A stretch of DNA of 64,000 nt, from IMG/VR virus record IMGVR_UViG_3300021399_000102, positions 32,001 through 96,000 of that record. One strand, given 5' to 3'. Shown here in pieces: positions 55,608 to 64,000 of the stretch. The translations under genes and the position numbers were made by a program. Under the pieces are notes generated by a model, which was given only the letters and a program-made list of their open reading frames with translations, made no database searches and was not told the origin of the DNA. Within the stretch, counting starts at the first letter, position 1; every line of letters begins with the position of its first letter. The DNA is from a virus (lineage: Duplodnaviria > Caudoviricetes).

Positions 55608-56399
55608 TTACAGAGCGTTGAACTCCGACTCGCTCATGATCTTGATGTTTAGTTTCATGGCTTTCTTCAACTTTGACGAAGGTTCTCCCTTCAACCCGGC
55701 ATCAGCAACAACCAACGTGCCAAGACCCTTTGCCACGGACTCGGAAATCTCATATCCAAGTTCACGAGCCTTTGTCTGCGCCTGGGTTCTGGTCATCGTC
55801 TCCAACTTGCCAGTGAAGCAAATGCTGCCTTTGGTGGATTCAACTTTGGGCTTTGCAACCCCAACCGGGGGCTGGTACCTCGCGTCCTCAACAATGAGCT
55901 TCCACATCTCACGAAGGTTGTCAAGGGAGTCCAGAACCAACTTCTCCTTCACGGAGGGATTGGATTCAACTGTGTTGATCCAACCTTCCTTAAGGCAATC
56001 CTCGCCCCCAAACTTGTCCCAGAACGCCTCCATCACGCGACGCCCCGTTCCATAGACGAAGGCAGAAAGCGCGATGAAGATGCTCTTCTTTGGAGCAATC
56101 CAAAGTTTCTTGTTCAACTCGTCCACGAAGTTCACCTCAGACTTGTATGCCGGATTCGCCTTGAACCCAACCACATCCTTCAGGGTCTTGACTCCCCAAC
56201 CCTCAAGAGTGGCGTTGGAGACATTCATGACATTCAATCGTTCAAGGAATGCAGATATGGTCTCGTTGAACCGAGAAGGGCAATTCTCGTTCACGCAAAA
56301 GAGGTTCTTGACCCCATCCTTGCTCTGAATGATCTTCAATTCGCCACCGCATACGGGGCAACACTCAGGAATTCCAATGTTCATCTCCCAATCTCCCAT
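55608..56399 (-). CDS. ligA: NAD-dependent DNA ligase, C-terminal half (Zn finger, HhH-like, BRCT)
   Basis: PECCPVCG...LFCVNENCP; ICFTGKLETMTR...SVAKGLGTLVV...SSKLKKAMKLNIKIMSESEF. Confidence 0.85.
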   Translation of the reverse strand: MGDWEMNIGIPECCPVCGGELKIIQSKDGVKNLFCVNENCPSRFNETISAFLERLNVMNVSNATLEGWGVKTLKDVVGFKANPAYKSEVNFVDELNKKLWIAPKKSIFIALSAFVYGTGRRVMEAFWDKFGGEDCLKEGWINTVESNPSVKEKLVLDSLDNLREMWKLIVEDARYQPPVGVAKPKVESTKGSICFTGKLETMTRTQAQTKARELGYEISESVAKGLGTLVVADAGLKGEPSSKLKKAMKLNIKIMSESEFNAL

Positions 56400-56650
56400 C
56401 AATCTACGATATAGAACTTGCCATTATCCCACTGTTCGCCGACAAAGGTGGTATCACCATCGTTGTCATCCACGACGAACACCATGTTGTATCCCTCGTC
56501 GTCGTTCTCCAGTTTGACGAATGTTCCATTTGGAAGCTCATAGAGATTTCTGTTGTAGACCGATCCATCAGGGATATGTACCCCAATCTTCTCAAGGTCT
56601 TGACCCACATACTCTCTTACCATTTCCTTCGCATGTTCGCAGTCAATCAT
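56399..56650 (-). CDS. Hypothetical protein
   Basis: 83 aa; promoter TTGACT-17-TATACT at 56695-56723. Confidence 0.7.
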   Translation of the reverse strand: MIDCEHAKEMVREYVGQDLEKIGVHIPDGSVYNRNLYELPNGTFVKLENDDEGYNMVFVVDDNDGDTTFVGEQWDNGKFYIVD

Positions 56651-56735
56651 TGTGTTTCTCGCTTTCTTGTTGTTTTTTTGTCGTTAACACCTATAGTATA
56701 TCACATATAGGATGTGAAGTCAAGTACCCTTTGGG

Positions 56736-56939
56736 TCAGTTGTATCTACTGTGGAACCCATCATATCCCATCAGAATGTAGTAGATGCCCTCGAAAATTG
56801 AAATTATGCATGGGATTCCGCTTGCAGAGAACAACATGTACAGTATTCCCCACCACGGTTGCCCCAAGTAGAACTTGTGCGCCCCAAACCAACCGAAGAA
56901 GAACGCCAATATTACGGCTATCCAACGTTCACGTCTCAT
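56736..56939 (-). CDS. TM2-domain membrane protein
   Basis: AVILAFFFGWFGAHKFYLGQ..WGILY. Confidence 0.85.
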   Translation of the reverse strand: MRRERWIAVILAFFFGWFGAHKFYLGQPWWGILYMLFSASGIPCIISIFEGIYYILMGYDGFHSRYN

Positions 56940-57235
56940 TCGATTGGTCTTATCTGATTGACAGGTATTGCCCTGTTTTCCCACTTCCTATAGGCATCCA
57001 AATAGTATAAGCCCTTGTGGTAGTCGTATGTGACTTCGTAGTACATTCCATCTGGAATTGTTGAGGATATGAGCCACTTTCTGCTTCCAAGTATGCAACA
57101 TTGCCAAACCACATACACTTGGAAGTCAATGTCCCCATCAGACTTGTCAAGGTGTTCCTTGATATAGTCCACAACCAACTTTTGTGCTTCAAAATTGTAA
57201 TCTGGAAGCCCGGATTTTTCATTGTCATCTGCCAT
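56936..57235 (-). CDS. DUF6275-like phage protein
   Basis: VYVVW...DGMYYEVTY...YLDAYRKWEN. Confidence 0.7.
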   Translation of the reverse strand: MADDNEKSGLPDYNFEAQKLVVDYIKEHLDKSDGDIDFQVYVVWQCCILGSRKWLISSTIPDGMYYEVTYDYHKGLYYLDAYRKWENRAIPVNQIRPIE

Positions 57236-57247
57236 TGTATTTTCTCC

Positions 57248-57619
57248 TTAAAGTGTCATCATTATTCCAAAGGTCAAGAGAATCTGCCCAAGGTGGAGCA
57301 ATTGGTCTTGGATAAGGTTTATCTTCATCCTGTTCGCCTTGAGGTCATCCACGATTGCATGTACGATGGTATTGCCCATCACTGCACAAAGAAACCAAGG
57401 CGATGCGTAGAATGGTGCGCAAATGAATATGCTCCAATACAGCGCATGGCAATAAAGTGCCGCAATATAGTCGTGCTTGTACTTGTCAGGGGTTTCTCCT
57501 CCACAAACTTTCTTCCACCAGGACTTTTGCTTTCCATCTGACAACCAACCTTGCAGGGTATAGTCGGCAACGAGATGCCCAAGCAGCATCAGAATCAAAA
57601 TGAGTTGCCAAGTCAGCAT
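57248..57619 (-). CDS. DUF3307-like membrane protein
   Basis: HLVADYTLQ, HAIVDD, DQLLH. Confidence 0.75.
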   Translation of the reverse strand: MLTWQLILILMLLGHLVADYTLQGWLSDGKQKSWWKKVCGGETPDKYKHDYIAALYCHALYWSIFICAPFYASPWFLCAVMGNTIVHAIVDDLKANRMKINLIQDQLLHLGQILLTFGIMMTL

Positions 57620-57870
57620 AGAAAGTCCCCATCAACACAACAAGTCACGATTGGCGTTCCATCCCAATTGCGTCTTCCCCAAGGCCAATCGGGGTTTGTT
57701 GGATAGTTTGGAACTTCCGGTGGCCAGGTTGGATATGTTGGTGTCTCAGATGGCCAGCATGGATATGGTCTGTTGATTTGTGGATATCCATTGTTTGGGG
57801 GATTCTCAACGATCCTGCGAATCTCCTCTTCTGAACCCTCGTATGTAATTCCATTTATGGTTGCTTTCAT
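57613..57870 (-). CDS. Pro-rich hypothetical protein
   Basis: MKATINGITYEGSEEEI; PTYPTWP repeats. Confidence 0.65.
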   Translation of the reverse strand: MKATINGITYEGSEEEIRRIVENPPNNGYPQINRPYPCWPSETPTYPTWPPEVPNYPTNPDWPWGRRNWDGTPIVTCCVDGDFLC

Positions 57871-57883
57871 AATAGTCTCCTGT

Positions 57884-58102
57884 TCAATCTAAATGCTTAC
57901 CCTTCTTTCCACGCTTTTCATATACTGCGGAAATGCCAATGAGTCTCCTACCCTTGTTGTCTTTGCCCTTGAAGAATGCAGTAAGGGCATCAACAGTCTT
58001 TTCTCCAGAAACCCGGACTATGCCACTTTCTTTTGTGACGTTCCCTTCAGAAGAAATCTCCCAGGTTATGTCCCACTCCATGATGCCGTCATTTGCCTCC
58101 AC
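57884..58102 (-). CDS. Hypothetical protein
   Basis: 72-aa ORF overlapping the end of thyX. Confidence 0.5.
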   Translation of the reverse strand: MEANDGIMEWDITWEISSEGNVTKESGIVRVSGEKTVDALTAFFKGKDNKGRRLIGISAVYEKRGKKGKHLD

Positions 58103-58784
58103 TTTGCTCTTTTCCCTTTACCTTGCCACAACCACGCTTCTCAGGGCAATAGCCCAGTTCCTGACACTTTGGCTTGAATACCTTGAGGTCGTAGGAAAGC
58201 TCCTCCCATTCGTCAGAATAGTTCTCCAACTGCCAAAGAATCTCCTTCATCAATTCACGATATTCCCAATATGCTCTGTTGCAAAGCCTCTGTCTAGTCA
58301 TGTCAATCAAGTGTCGAAGATTGGTTCTCACCACAACCTTTGTCGTGGATGCCAGAGGAAGCACGTTTGTGGCATCCTCGTTTGGGATTCCAAGTTGCTT
58401 CAACTTCTCAATCGTACCAGGGACTTGAGAAACCAACTCTGACCATACCTTCTTCGCTTCCATGTTGTTCTCAATGGACTTCGGCGTAACAACCTCAAAG
58501 CACTTGGAATAGTCGATGTATCGCGTGGAAGCCTGAAGTCTGGAGGGACCACCAGCAATGTGCGTGTAGAACTCGCGTATGACCTTCGCTGACCATCCAT
58601 CCAACACCATGTAGATTTGTGGGAACTCCATCGCACGTCCATGGTTGGACTGTATGCAATCAACCCCTCGCTTGTGGTTCTTCTCTGCGTCAGATATGTC
58701 GGCTCCCCAGCAGATTCCTGCTTCTTCGCCAATAAGTGTGATTGGATTCGTTGTCGTGTACTTCTGGATTGCTACTGTTCCCAT
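58089..58784 (-). CDS. thyX: FAD-dependent thymidylate synthase
   Basis: HGRAMEF, REFYTH, QASTRY, EDATNVLP, NLRHL, RLCNRAYWEYR. Confidence 0.9.
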   Translation of the reverse strand: MGTVAIQKYTTTNPITLIGEEAGICWGADISDAEKNHKRGVDCIQSNHGRAMEFPQIYMVLDGWSAKVIREFYTHIAGGPSRLQASTRYIDYSKCFEVVTPKSIENNMEAKKVWSELVSQVPGTIEKLKQLGIPNEDATNVLPLASTTKVVVRTNLRHLIDMTRQRLCNRAYWEYRELMKEILWQLENYSDEWEELSYDLKVFKPKCQELGYCPEKRGCGKVKGKEQSGGK

Positions 58785-58841
58785 GTTCTTTATCCTCAAT
58801 TGCCAATCCAATTATACAACTTTTTGCGCTTGAAGAGATAA

Positions 58842-59807
58842 TCAATATCCTGATGTGGTGTAGGATATGTCAGGTGGATCATTGGAAATGGTCAATCCAG
58901 ATCCAAAGTCAGATGGCAGTGTGAAATATTGGCCTGTGATATTGTTTATCAACGGAATCATGTCGCTTATTGAATCTCCGGAATATTCGTCCCATTTGAT
59001 GTTGCCATTCGAGTCGAACTTGACGCCGTGTTCCTCCAACAGGTTCATTGCGTCTGCTCCATCCTCATAGAGCTTGTTCAACTTTCCTTCAAGGTCAGAT
59101 ATTCGGTCTTGTTGTTCATTGATTATGCTTCTGGACTCGTTTATTTCTTCCTCAAGTTGGCTTGAACTCATCTGCATTCTGCTGATCTTGTTCATGGCTT
59201 CCTTCAGAAGCTCTATGTTACTGAATTCAGTTTCGTTGGGGAACTTGCGCCAATCGTTGTACATTGAGACAAGTTCATATACGATTCCATATATGTCCGA
59301 TGTTTCTGGAACGCCAAATGCGCCTCTCAACTCGCCATTTTCAAGTATTGTGATGTTGTCAGGAATGCCATAGCCCTTTCTAAACACCATGTTCGCATAG
59401 ACTGTGTTTATGGCCGGTATGGATGGAGAAGACGAATATATGTCCTTTGCCTTTGCCTTTTCCTCGCTCCTTTTTCTCAACTCCTTCCACATTTCCTTCA
59501 TCTTCCCAAATGGCTTTTGGCTTGATTTCTCCACTATGAACACACGTTTGTAGCCAATTCCCAGGGTGGTGTTTGGGGCATATGTGACTATCAGAGGATA
59601 GTCTTCGGCTTGCCCAAACTTCTCAGCAGTAACTGGATGGTAGTCCTTATCCATCTTTGACCAATCAGGAATCTTGACCTTGGTGATGAACTTGTTGTTG
59701 GAGTTGTGGATAGACATCTCAGGATATTCTTGGAACATATCGTTCCAATCTACGTCAATTTCGTCCTTCTGAACAGCCCACCCTGTTGCCCAACTGTCGT
59801 TGTTCAT
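58842..59807 (-). CDS. Coiled-coil paralog 3 of a tandem triplet
   Basis: YNDWRKFP...LNKLYEDGADAMNLLEEHG; AGGAGG RBS. Confidence 0.75.
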   Translation of the reverse strand: MNNDSWATGWAVQKDEIDVDWNDMFQEYPEMSIHNSNNKFITKVKIPDWSKMDKDYHPVTAEKFGQAEDYPLIVTYAPNTTLGIGYKRVFIVEKSSQKPFGKMKEMWKELRKRSEEKAKAKDIYSSSPSIPAINTVYANMVFRKGYGIPDNITILENGELRGAFGVPETSDIYGIVYELVSMYNDWRKFPNETEFSNIELLKEAMNKISRMQMSSSQLEEEINESRSIINEQQDRISDLEGKLNKLYEDGADAMNLLEEHGVKFDSNGNIKWDEYSGDSISDMIPLINNITGQYFTLPSDFGSGLTISNDPPDISYTTSGY

Positions 59808-59817
59808 GGAATCCTCC

Positions 59818-60903
59818 TTATTGGTCTGCGTTGTTGTACCCATTGAATGCCTTGAGTGACATATTCAGGCTTCTTGACAACTTCTGCAACAATTCTGTTG
59901 GCATCTCCATCTTTACATCCAAGTCCTTCTTCTGGAATTTCTCAATCTTCGTCAAGTCGTAGCCATATTCCTCAAGTAGATTCAATGCGTCTGCTGCCTT
60001 CTCGTACATTTCGTTCTGTTCGCGTTCAAGTTCAGCAATTTTCTCTTGACTTGACTTGATGCTTGTGCGAATGTCATCAATCTTGTTCTTGATTCTCCCT
60101 GAACTTTCCTCCTTCTGCATTTCCTCAACAGCATTCCACGCAAACGTCAATTTGGCTACAATGTCAGAGGATTCCACGTCAGGGAACCTTCTCCAATTCT
60201 CGTATTGCAAATAGAGATCGTCAACTGCGCAATTCACGAGATATGCGTCTGGGAGAAATTCGCCAGTCTTGTCACGAATCTTGCCATCCATTCCCATTTT
60301 ATATGGTCTATCCACAAACCTACCGTGTGCCTCAAGCTCGTCTTGGTTGTACTTGGCAACAGATGCGCAAAGGTTATTCATTTGCTTGAACGGAATGTTG
60401 TCCTCTGTGAACACAATCTTTGCGAAAGGATGTTCTTCAAATGCATCTGGCGAAGATGGCATATAGGTGACAAGATTCACTATGGTGTTGGTTCTTTGCT
60501 TGTCTCCAATGTTCCAAGCTGTTGCGCTGAATCCAGGATATTGCTCAACCCAACTTGGGAGAACTTCGTATTTCTTTGGCTTGGGACTGTTTTTGATGAG
60601 TGTGCTTCTTTGGGAACGTGGATCAAATGCAATTTTTCCAGGCGTCCCTTCCCACCAATAGTGTTGGTCGTCTGAATAATTGGAATTCTCTTGTCCCCAA
60701 TTTAATGGACGTTCTGTTGTTTGAGACCATCCAGGTGGAAGCTCACCTCCAATGTAATTCCCATTGGAAGATTTGTATGCAGAATCGTCAGAATCGCCAC
60801 TCTTCTTGTATATGTCCTCCAAAGAAGAGCGCATATGTGCGACAGCAAGATTCCTTTGCTGCTCAGCCTTTGCCATGTTGCTTTTCTTGAAAATGTTCCA
60901 CAT
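59818..60903 (-). CDS. Coiled-coil paralog 2 of a tandem triplet
   Basis: YENWRRFP...QNEMYEKAADALNLLEEYG. Confidence 0.75.
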   Translation of the reverse strand: MWNIFKKSNMAKAEQQRNLAVAHMRSSLEDIYKKSGDSDDSAYKSSNGNYIGGELPPGWSQTTERPLNWGQENSNYSDDQHYWWEGTPGKIAFDPRSQRSTLIKNSPKPKKYEVLPSWVEQYPGFSATAWNIGDKQRTNTIVNLVTYMPSSPDAFEEHPFAKIVFTEDNIPFKQMNNLCASVAKYNQDELEAHGRFVDRPYKMGMDGKIRDKTGEFLPDAYLVNCAVDDLYLQYENWRRFPDVESSDIVAKLTFAWNAVEEMQKEESSGRIKNKIDDIRTSIKSSQEKIAELEREQNEMYEKAADALNLLEEYGYDLTKIEKFQKKDLDVKMEMPTELLQKLSRSLNMSLKAFNGYNNADQ

Positions 60904-60926
60904 ACTACATTATACCACTTCAGGTG

Positions 60927-61895
60927 TCATTGGATTAATGTCCACTTGTTGTTTCCACAATAGACAGCTTGCTTGTTGTTATTTGGATTAACCACAATAT
61001 CCCCAATTTCAATGCTTCCTGGGATTGTGGAGAATCCAACTGATACTCCACCACTTGAATTGGCTGAAATGGACGCTGTTCCAATGAACTTTGAACCCCA
61101 ATAATGAGAACCACTGGATACTGACCCTGGGTACAACGAGCTAAAGTCAAGATTGTTTATTATGGAATTAATTTCCCGAGATAGGTCGGCTTTCCTTGGT
61201 TCTCCATCCCCATCCATGTCAGCCTTGATTCCATTTTCCTCAAAGAGGTTCATGGCATCAGCGGCTTGCTCATAAATCTCGTTCAGGGATTTCTCCAACT
61301 TGACAATCTTCTCTTGCTCGGCCTTGATTGTCTCTTGGGCTTCCTTGATTTGGTTGGCTATCCAATTGTGGGATTCCTCGATATTGAGCTTATTTATTGC
61401 CTCTTGACCTTCAATGAGCTTCCTTACGGTGTCCAACTCGTTTATGGTAGGGAAATCCTTCCACTGACTCCACATGGTGATTGCTTCCTTGAGGATTGGC
61501 CAGATTTCATTGGCTTTCACAATCATCTTGCAATGCGTCAATCTGCCTTCAGAATCAATCTCGTAGTCGGGTTGAGATTGCTTCGCAAATATCTTGCCAA
61601 GCTCCCTCCACATATCCTTCATGTAGGGGACAGGCTGACCATTCTTCTCCACAAGATACAGCCTCGTGAAGTCGCTCAAATGTGGGAAACCTGGCTTTGC
61701 CTTGTATTCGACAACAACAACCTTTGGATCTTGAAGGTTCATGTCGTAGGCAACATCAAGGTAGTTGTCCTCCCTCGGCGCCCAAAGGGGAGTCCCAACC
61801 ATATCCGGCTTTGTCTTGAAGACAGGGGGTCTCCGATTGAAACCTGATGGTGAAGGTTTCTTGAAGATTGGCAGGGGAAGAACGGAAAAGCTCAT
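60927..61895 (-). CDS. Coiled-coil paralog 1 of a tandem triplet
   Basis: WSQWKDFP...LNEIYEQAADAMNLFEENG; GAGGT RBS. Confidence 0.75.
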   Translation of the reverse strand: MSFSVLPLPIFKKPSPSGFNRRPPVFKTKPDMVGTPLWAPREDNYLDVAYDMNLQDPKVVVVEYKAKPGFPHLSDFTRLYLVEKNGQPVPYMKDMWRELGKIFAKQSQPDYEIDSEGRLTHCKMIVKANEIWPILKEAITMWSQWKDFPTINELDTVRKLIEGQEAINKLNIEESHNWIANQIKEAQETIKAEQEKIVKLEKSLNEIYEQAADAMNLFEENGIKADMDGDGEPRKADLSREINSIINNLDFSSLYPGSVSSGSHYWGSKFIGTASISANSSGGVSVGFSTIPGSIEIGDIVVNPNNNKQAVYCGNNKWTLIQ

Positions 61896-61927
61896 ATTAC
61901 CTCGTTAGGTTTCTCTCTCTCTTCTTC

Positions 61928-62290
61928 TCATCTTGCCATGAAGATTGAATAGGCGATTGCGTTGGATTCTCGGACTTTCAGTTCCTTGATTATCCATTCA
62001 TTGCCATTTGCGCATATGAATCCGTGCTTTGGCTTCTTCCTATCGCAGACGACCACCATCCCACCAACAGGAACGTCACATCCCATAATCATGTCGTCAA
62101 CGTGTGACAATTCGTTGTAGGAGAGCGCGTCAAGAATGTCCTGTTCGCTCTTGCAATTGGCATCATCCTCGCTTTGGGTGATGTGAGTCCAGTCCCACTT
62201 CACCTTTGACAGATCAACCTCCTTGGTCTTCAACGTGAGGTTGATTATGTCCTTTGGATTCTTCGCGGTTATGATGTACTTCTTCATCAT
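61928..62290 (-). CDS. Hypothetical protein
   Basis: 120 aa, ATGA-coupled. Confidence 0.7.
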   Translation of the reverse strand: MMKKYIITAKNPKDIINLTLKTKEVDLSKVKWDWTHITQSEDDANCKSEQDILDALSYNELSHVDDMIMGCDVPVGGMVVVCDRKKPKHGFICANGNEWIIKELKVRESNAIAYSIFMAR

Positions 62291-62541
62291 AGTTCAATCA
62301 TGTCAAAGTCATTGGACTTGGTGTGTGATGGCTGGGCAACCACAGAATACCATCCATCTTCTATGTCCCTGACCGCATCCTTGATGTGGTCTTTGACGAC
62401 ATAGGAATTGCCCTTGTATAGCATCGTCTTCTTGCCGAGTACATGTGCCTGGAGCAGAGCTGTCATGAAGCTCGTGTTGTATCTCGGACCGTCTGGTATA
62501 GTTGGCATAATCTTCTCCTGTTGTCTCTTTCCAAACTTCAC
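62287..62541 (-). CDS. Hypothetical protein
   Basis: Promoter TTGACA-18-TATAAT at 62546-62575; start codon uncertain. Confidence 0.6.
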   Translation of the reverse strand: MKFGKRQQEKIMPTIPDGPRYNTSFMTALLQAHVLGKKTMLYKGNSYVVKDHIKDAVRDIEDGWYSVVAQPSHTKSNDFDMIEL

Positions 62542-62619
62542 CTATATTATATCACAAACCGCCTCGGGCTGTCAATAGCCCTTTGCGGATTTGTTTGGGG
62601 TCAATATGTCCTTGATATA

Positions 62620-63153
62620 TTAGGTCAGAACGAACACAACCCTATAATCCTCGCCATATTCAGTATATTCGCTGAGAACAAGGTCGATTGCTTCCTTCTG
62701 ACCAATGCTTCTCATCTCCTCATATCCAAGCTGAAGATCCTCAACAAGTTGCTTGTTGATGGGGAACGTCATTTTGTCCTTCTCATCGTCTCCCCAAGGC
62801 TCAAGCTCGTCACCATCGTCAGAATAGACCCGAGGGCAACCCAACGCCTTTACAACCATGTTGAGCTTGGTGTAGGCATTGTGAATCTTGGAGGATACTG
62901 CATCTTCAAGCTCTTGTGTGGTCTTGGTATAGAAGCTGGCGTAGCACCTTGCTTCTCCTGTAGTGTCGTCCTTCTCCTGCGGATAGATTCCCTTGAGACC
63001 ATCAGACAAATCTTCCCACTTGAGCTTGGGATATTCGTTGTAGTCCTCAAAGATGTACTTCAGATAGCTGGAGATTGGCTTTTCTGTGACAAGTTCCCAC
63101 TTGTCAGTGTCCTTATTCTTGTGTTCAACGTATGCTGCAATGTTGTAGCCCAT
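62620..63153 (-). CDS. Hypothetical phage protein
   Basis: MGYNIAAYVEHKN start overlapping the upstream TAA. Confidence 0.7.
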   Translation of the reverse strand: MGYNIAAYVEHKNKDTDKWELVTEKPISSYLKYIFEDYNEYPKLKWEDLSDGLKGIYPQEKDDTTGEARCYASFYTKTTQELEDAVSSKIHNAYTKLNMVVKALGCPRVYSDDGDELEPWGDDEKDKMTFPINKQLVEDLQLGYEEMRSIGQKEAIDLVLSEYTEYGEDYRVVFVLT

Positions 63154-63548
63154 TAGTGTGTCCTTTCTTTTTCGTTGTTCTCTTTTGGAGGATTCCCAAA
63201 CCAATAACTTGGCGCAAGTTCATCTGACTTGTAGATGTAGTGGAATTCAGTGTTCCCATTCTCGTCCTCGACTTCTTCGCCACCCTCTATGTCTGCTTCT
63301 GCAACGAGAGTGTCCTTTGGGCCGGTTGGTGGCTTTGGGACTTTCGCTGGTTCTGGAGGGGGAGGTGGAGGGTCATCTTCAAGGTCGTCTGGCCATCTTG
63401 TATTTGACAGATTGATTCCGTATCCCATGCTTTTCTTTCCAAACAGGAGAAGAATGAATTCATATGTCATGTACACAAACCCCATAAAGCAAAGGGTAAG
63501 GATTACGAGTAGAACTGGGTGTTCCAATAATGTCAATAGGAATTGCAT
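63153..63548 (-). CDS. Membrane-anchored Pro-rich protein
   Basis: N-terminal TM helix; PPPPPPEP; promoter TTTACT-17-TATAAT at 63576-63604. Confidence 0.7.
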   Translation of the reverse strand: MQFLLTLLEHPVLLVILTLCFMGFVYMTYEFILLLFGKKSMGYGINLSNTRWPDDLEDDPPPPPPEPAKVPKPPTGPKDTLVAEADIEGGEEVEDENGNTEFHYIYKSDELAPSYWFGNPPKENNEKERTH

Positions 63549-63660
63549 AGTTGTTTGTCTCCTTTAGTATACTATATTATACGTCTTTTCGGAATTAAAG
63601 TAAAGGCGGGTCAGCTTTCGCCAACCCACCCTGTATCATTCTGCTTGAATGGCTTGTATG

Positions 63661-64000
63661 TTACCACTTCTTGCCATCAACAGTCTTGAGAATGAACGAT
63701 GCTGCGGCGCCATAGACTGTCATCTCGTCAACGGTCTCATCGGCATCAATCTCGCAAGAACCATCCCACTCAGTGAATGAACCACCACAAGGGCAGATGT
63801 ACTTGCCACCAACAACGCCCTTGAGCGTCTTGACGCGGGAGCAGGTCTCAGTAGTGTCGCCACAAGGGGTGCATCCACCTGTCGTCTTCGTCTTGAGCGT
63901 TCCCCACCCAAAGAACGTGAGCTCGGTAAGACCCTCAGTAGGATCTTCATTCACGAACTTGAGCGTAGTGGCGCAATCTGTTCCCTTCTTGCCAAACACG
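63661..64000 (-). CDS. C-terminal part of a Cys-rich, probably secreted protein (runs off the window)
   Basis: GCTPCGDTTETCSRVKTLKG, CPCGG; ends TAA. Confidence 0.6.
   Translation of the reverse strand, partial: VFGKKGTDCATTLKFVNEDPTEGLTELTFFGWGTLKTKTTGGCTPCGDTTETCSRVKTLKGVVGGKYICPCGGSFTEWDGSCEIDADETVDEMTVYGAAASFILKTVDGKKW

Noticed and set aside
54527-55608. Intron or intein joining the ligase halves
   Set aside because: Halves are in reversed order with their own starts and stops; no splice-junction residues or intron structure seen
1-64000. Suppressor tRNA(CUA) or other tRNA/rRNA
   Set aside because: No cloverleaf or T-arm signature seen in the short intergenic gaps; tRNAscan-SE on the full genome is needed

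Overview
A 64-kb segment of a large, T4-like/jumbo bacteriophage genome that uses an alternative genetic code in which TAG is read as Gln (translation table 15). By my hand count, about 56 in-frame TAG codons interrupt 17 genes, and every gene end I checked is TAA or TGA. Reading TAG as Gln merges the fragmented ORF track into two giant probable virion proteins (5852-13579, 2575 aa; 21856-32697, 3613 aa), a multi-domain glycan-synthesis cluster (GT-A, GT92-like, pyruvyltransferase, Stealth-like), a YadA-head fibre, BspA-type LRR proteins and several small genes. Two promoter classes are visible: sigma70-like -35/-10 promoters, and a single-element GTAAATA motif (20 copies at gene starts) resembling the T4 late promoter TATAAATA. 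Sixteen of the 17 TAG-containing genes lie in GTAAATA-headed units, while sigma70-driven genes (metK, DNA adenine methylase, a phage sigma factor, clamp-loader subunit, a split and permuted NAD-dependent ligase, thyX and the 50.6-63.5 kb block) are TAG-free. This suggests late expression is gated both by transcription and by the code switch. No tRNA, CRISPR array or reverse transcriptase was seen. Family assignments come from recognised motifs, not database searches.
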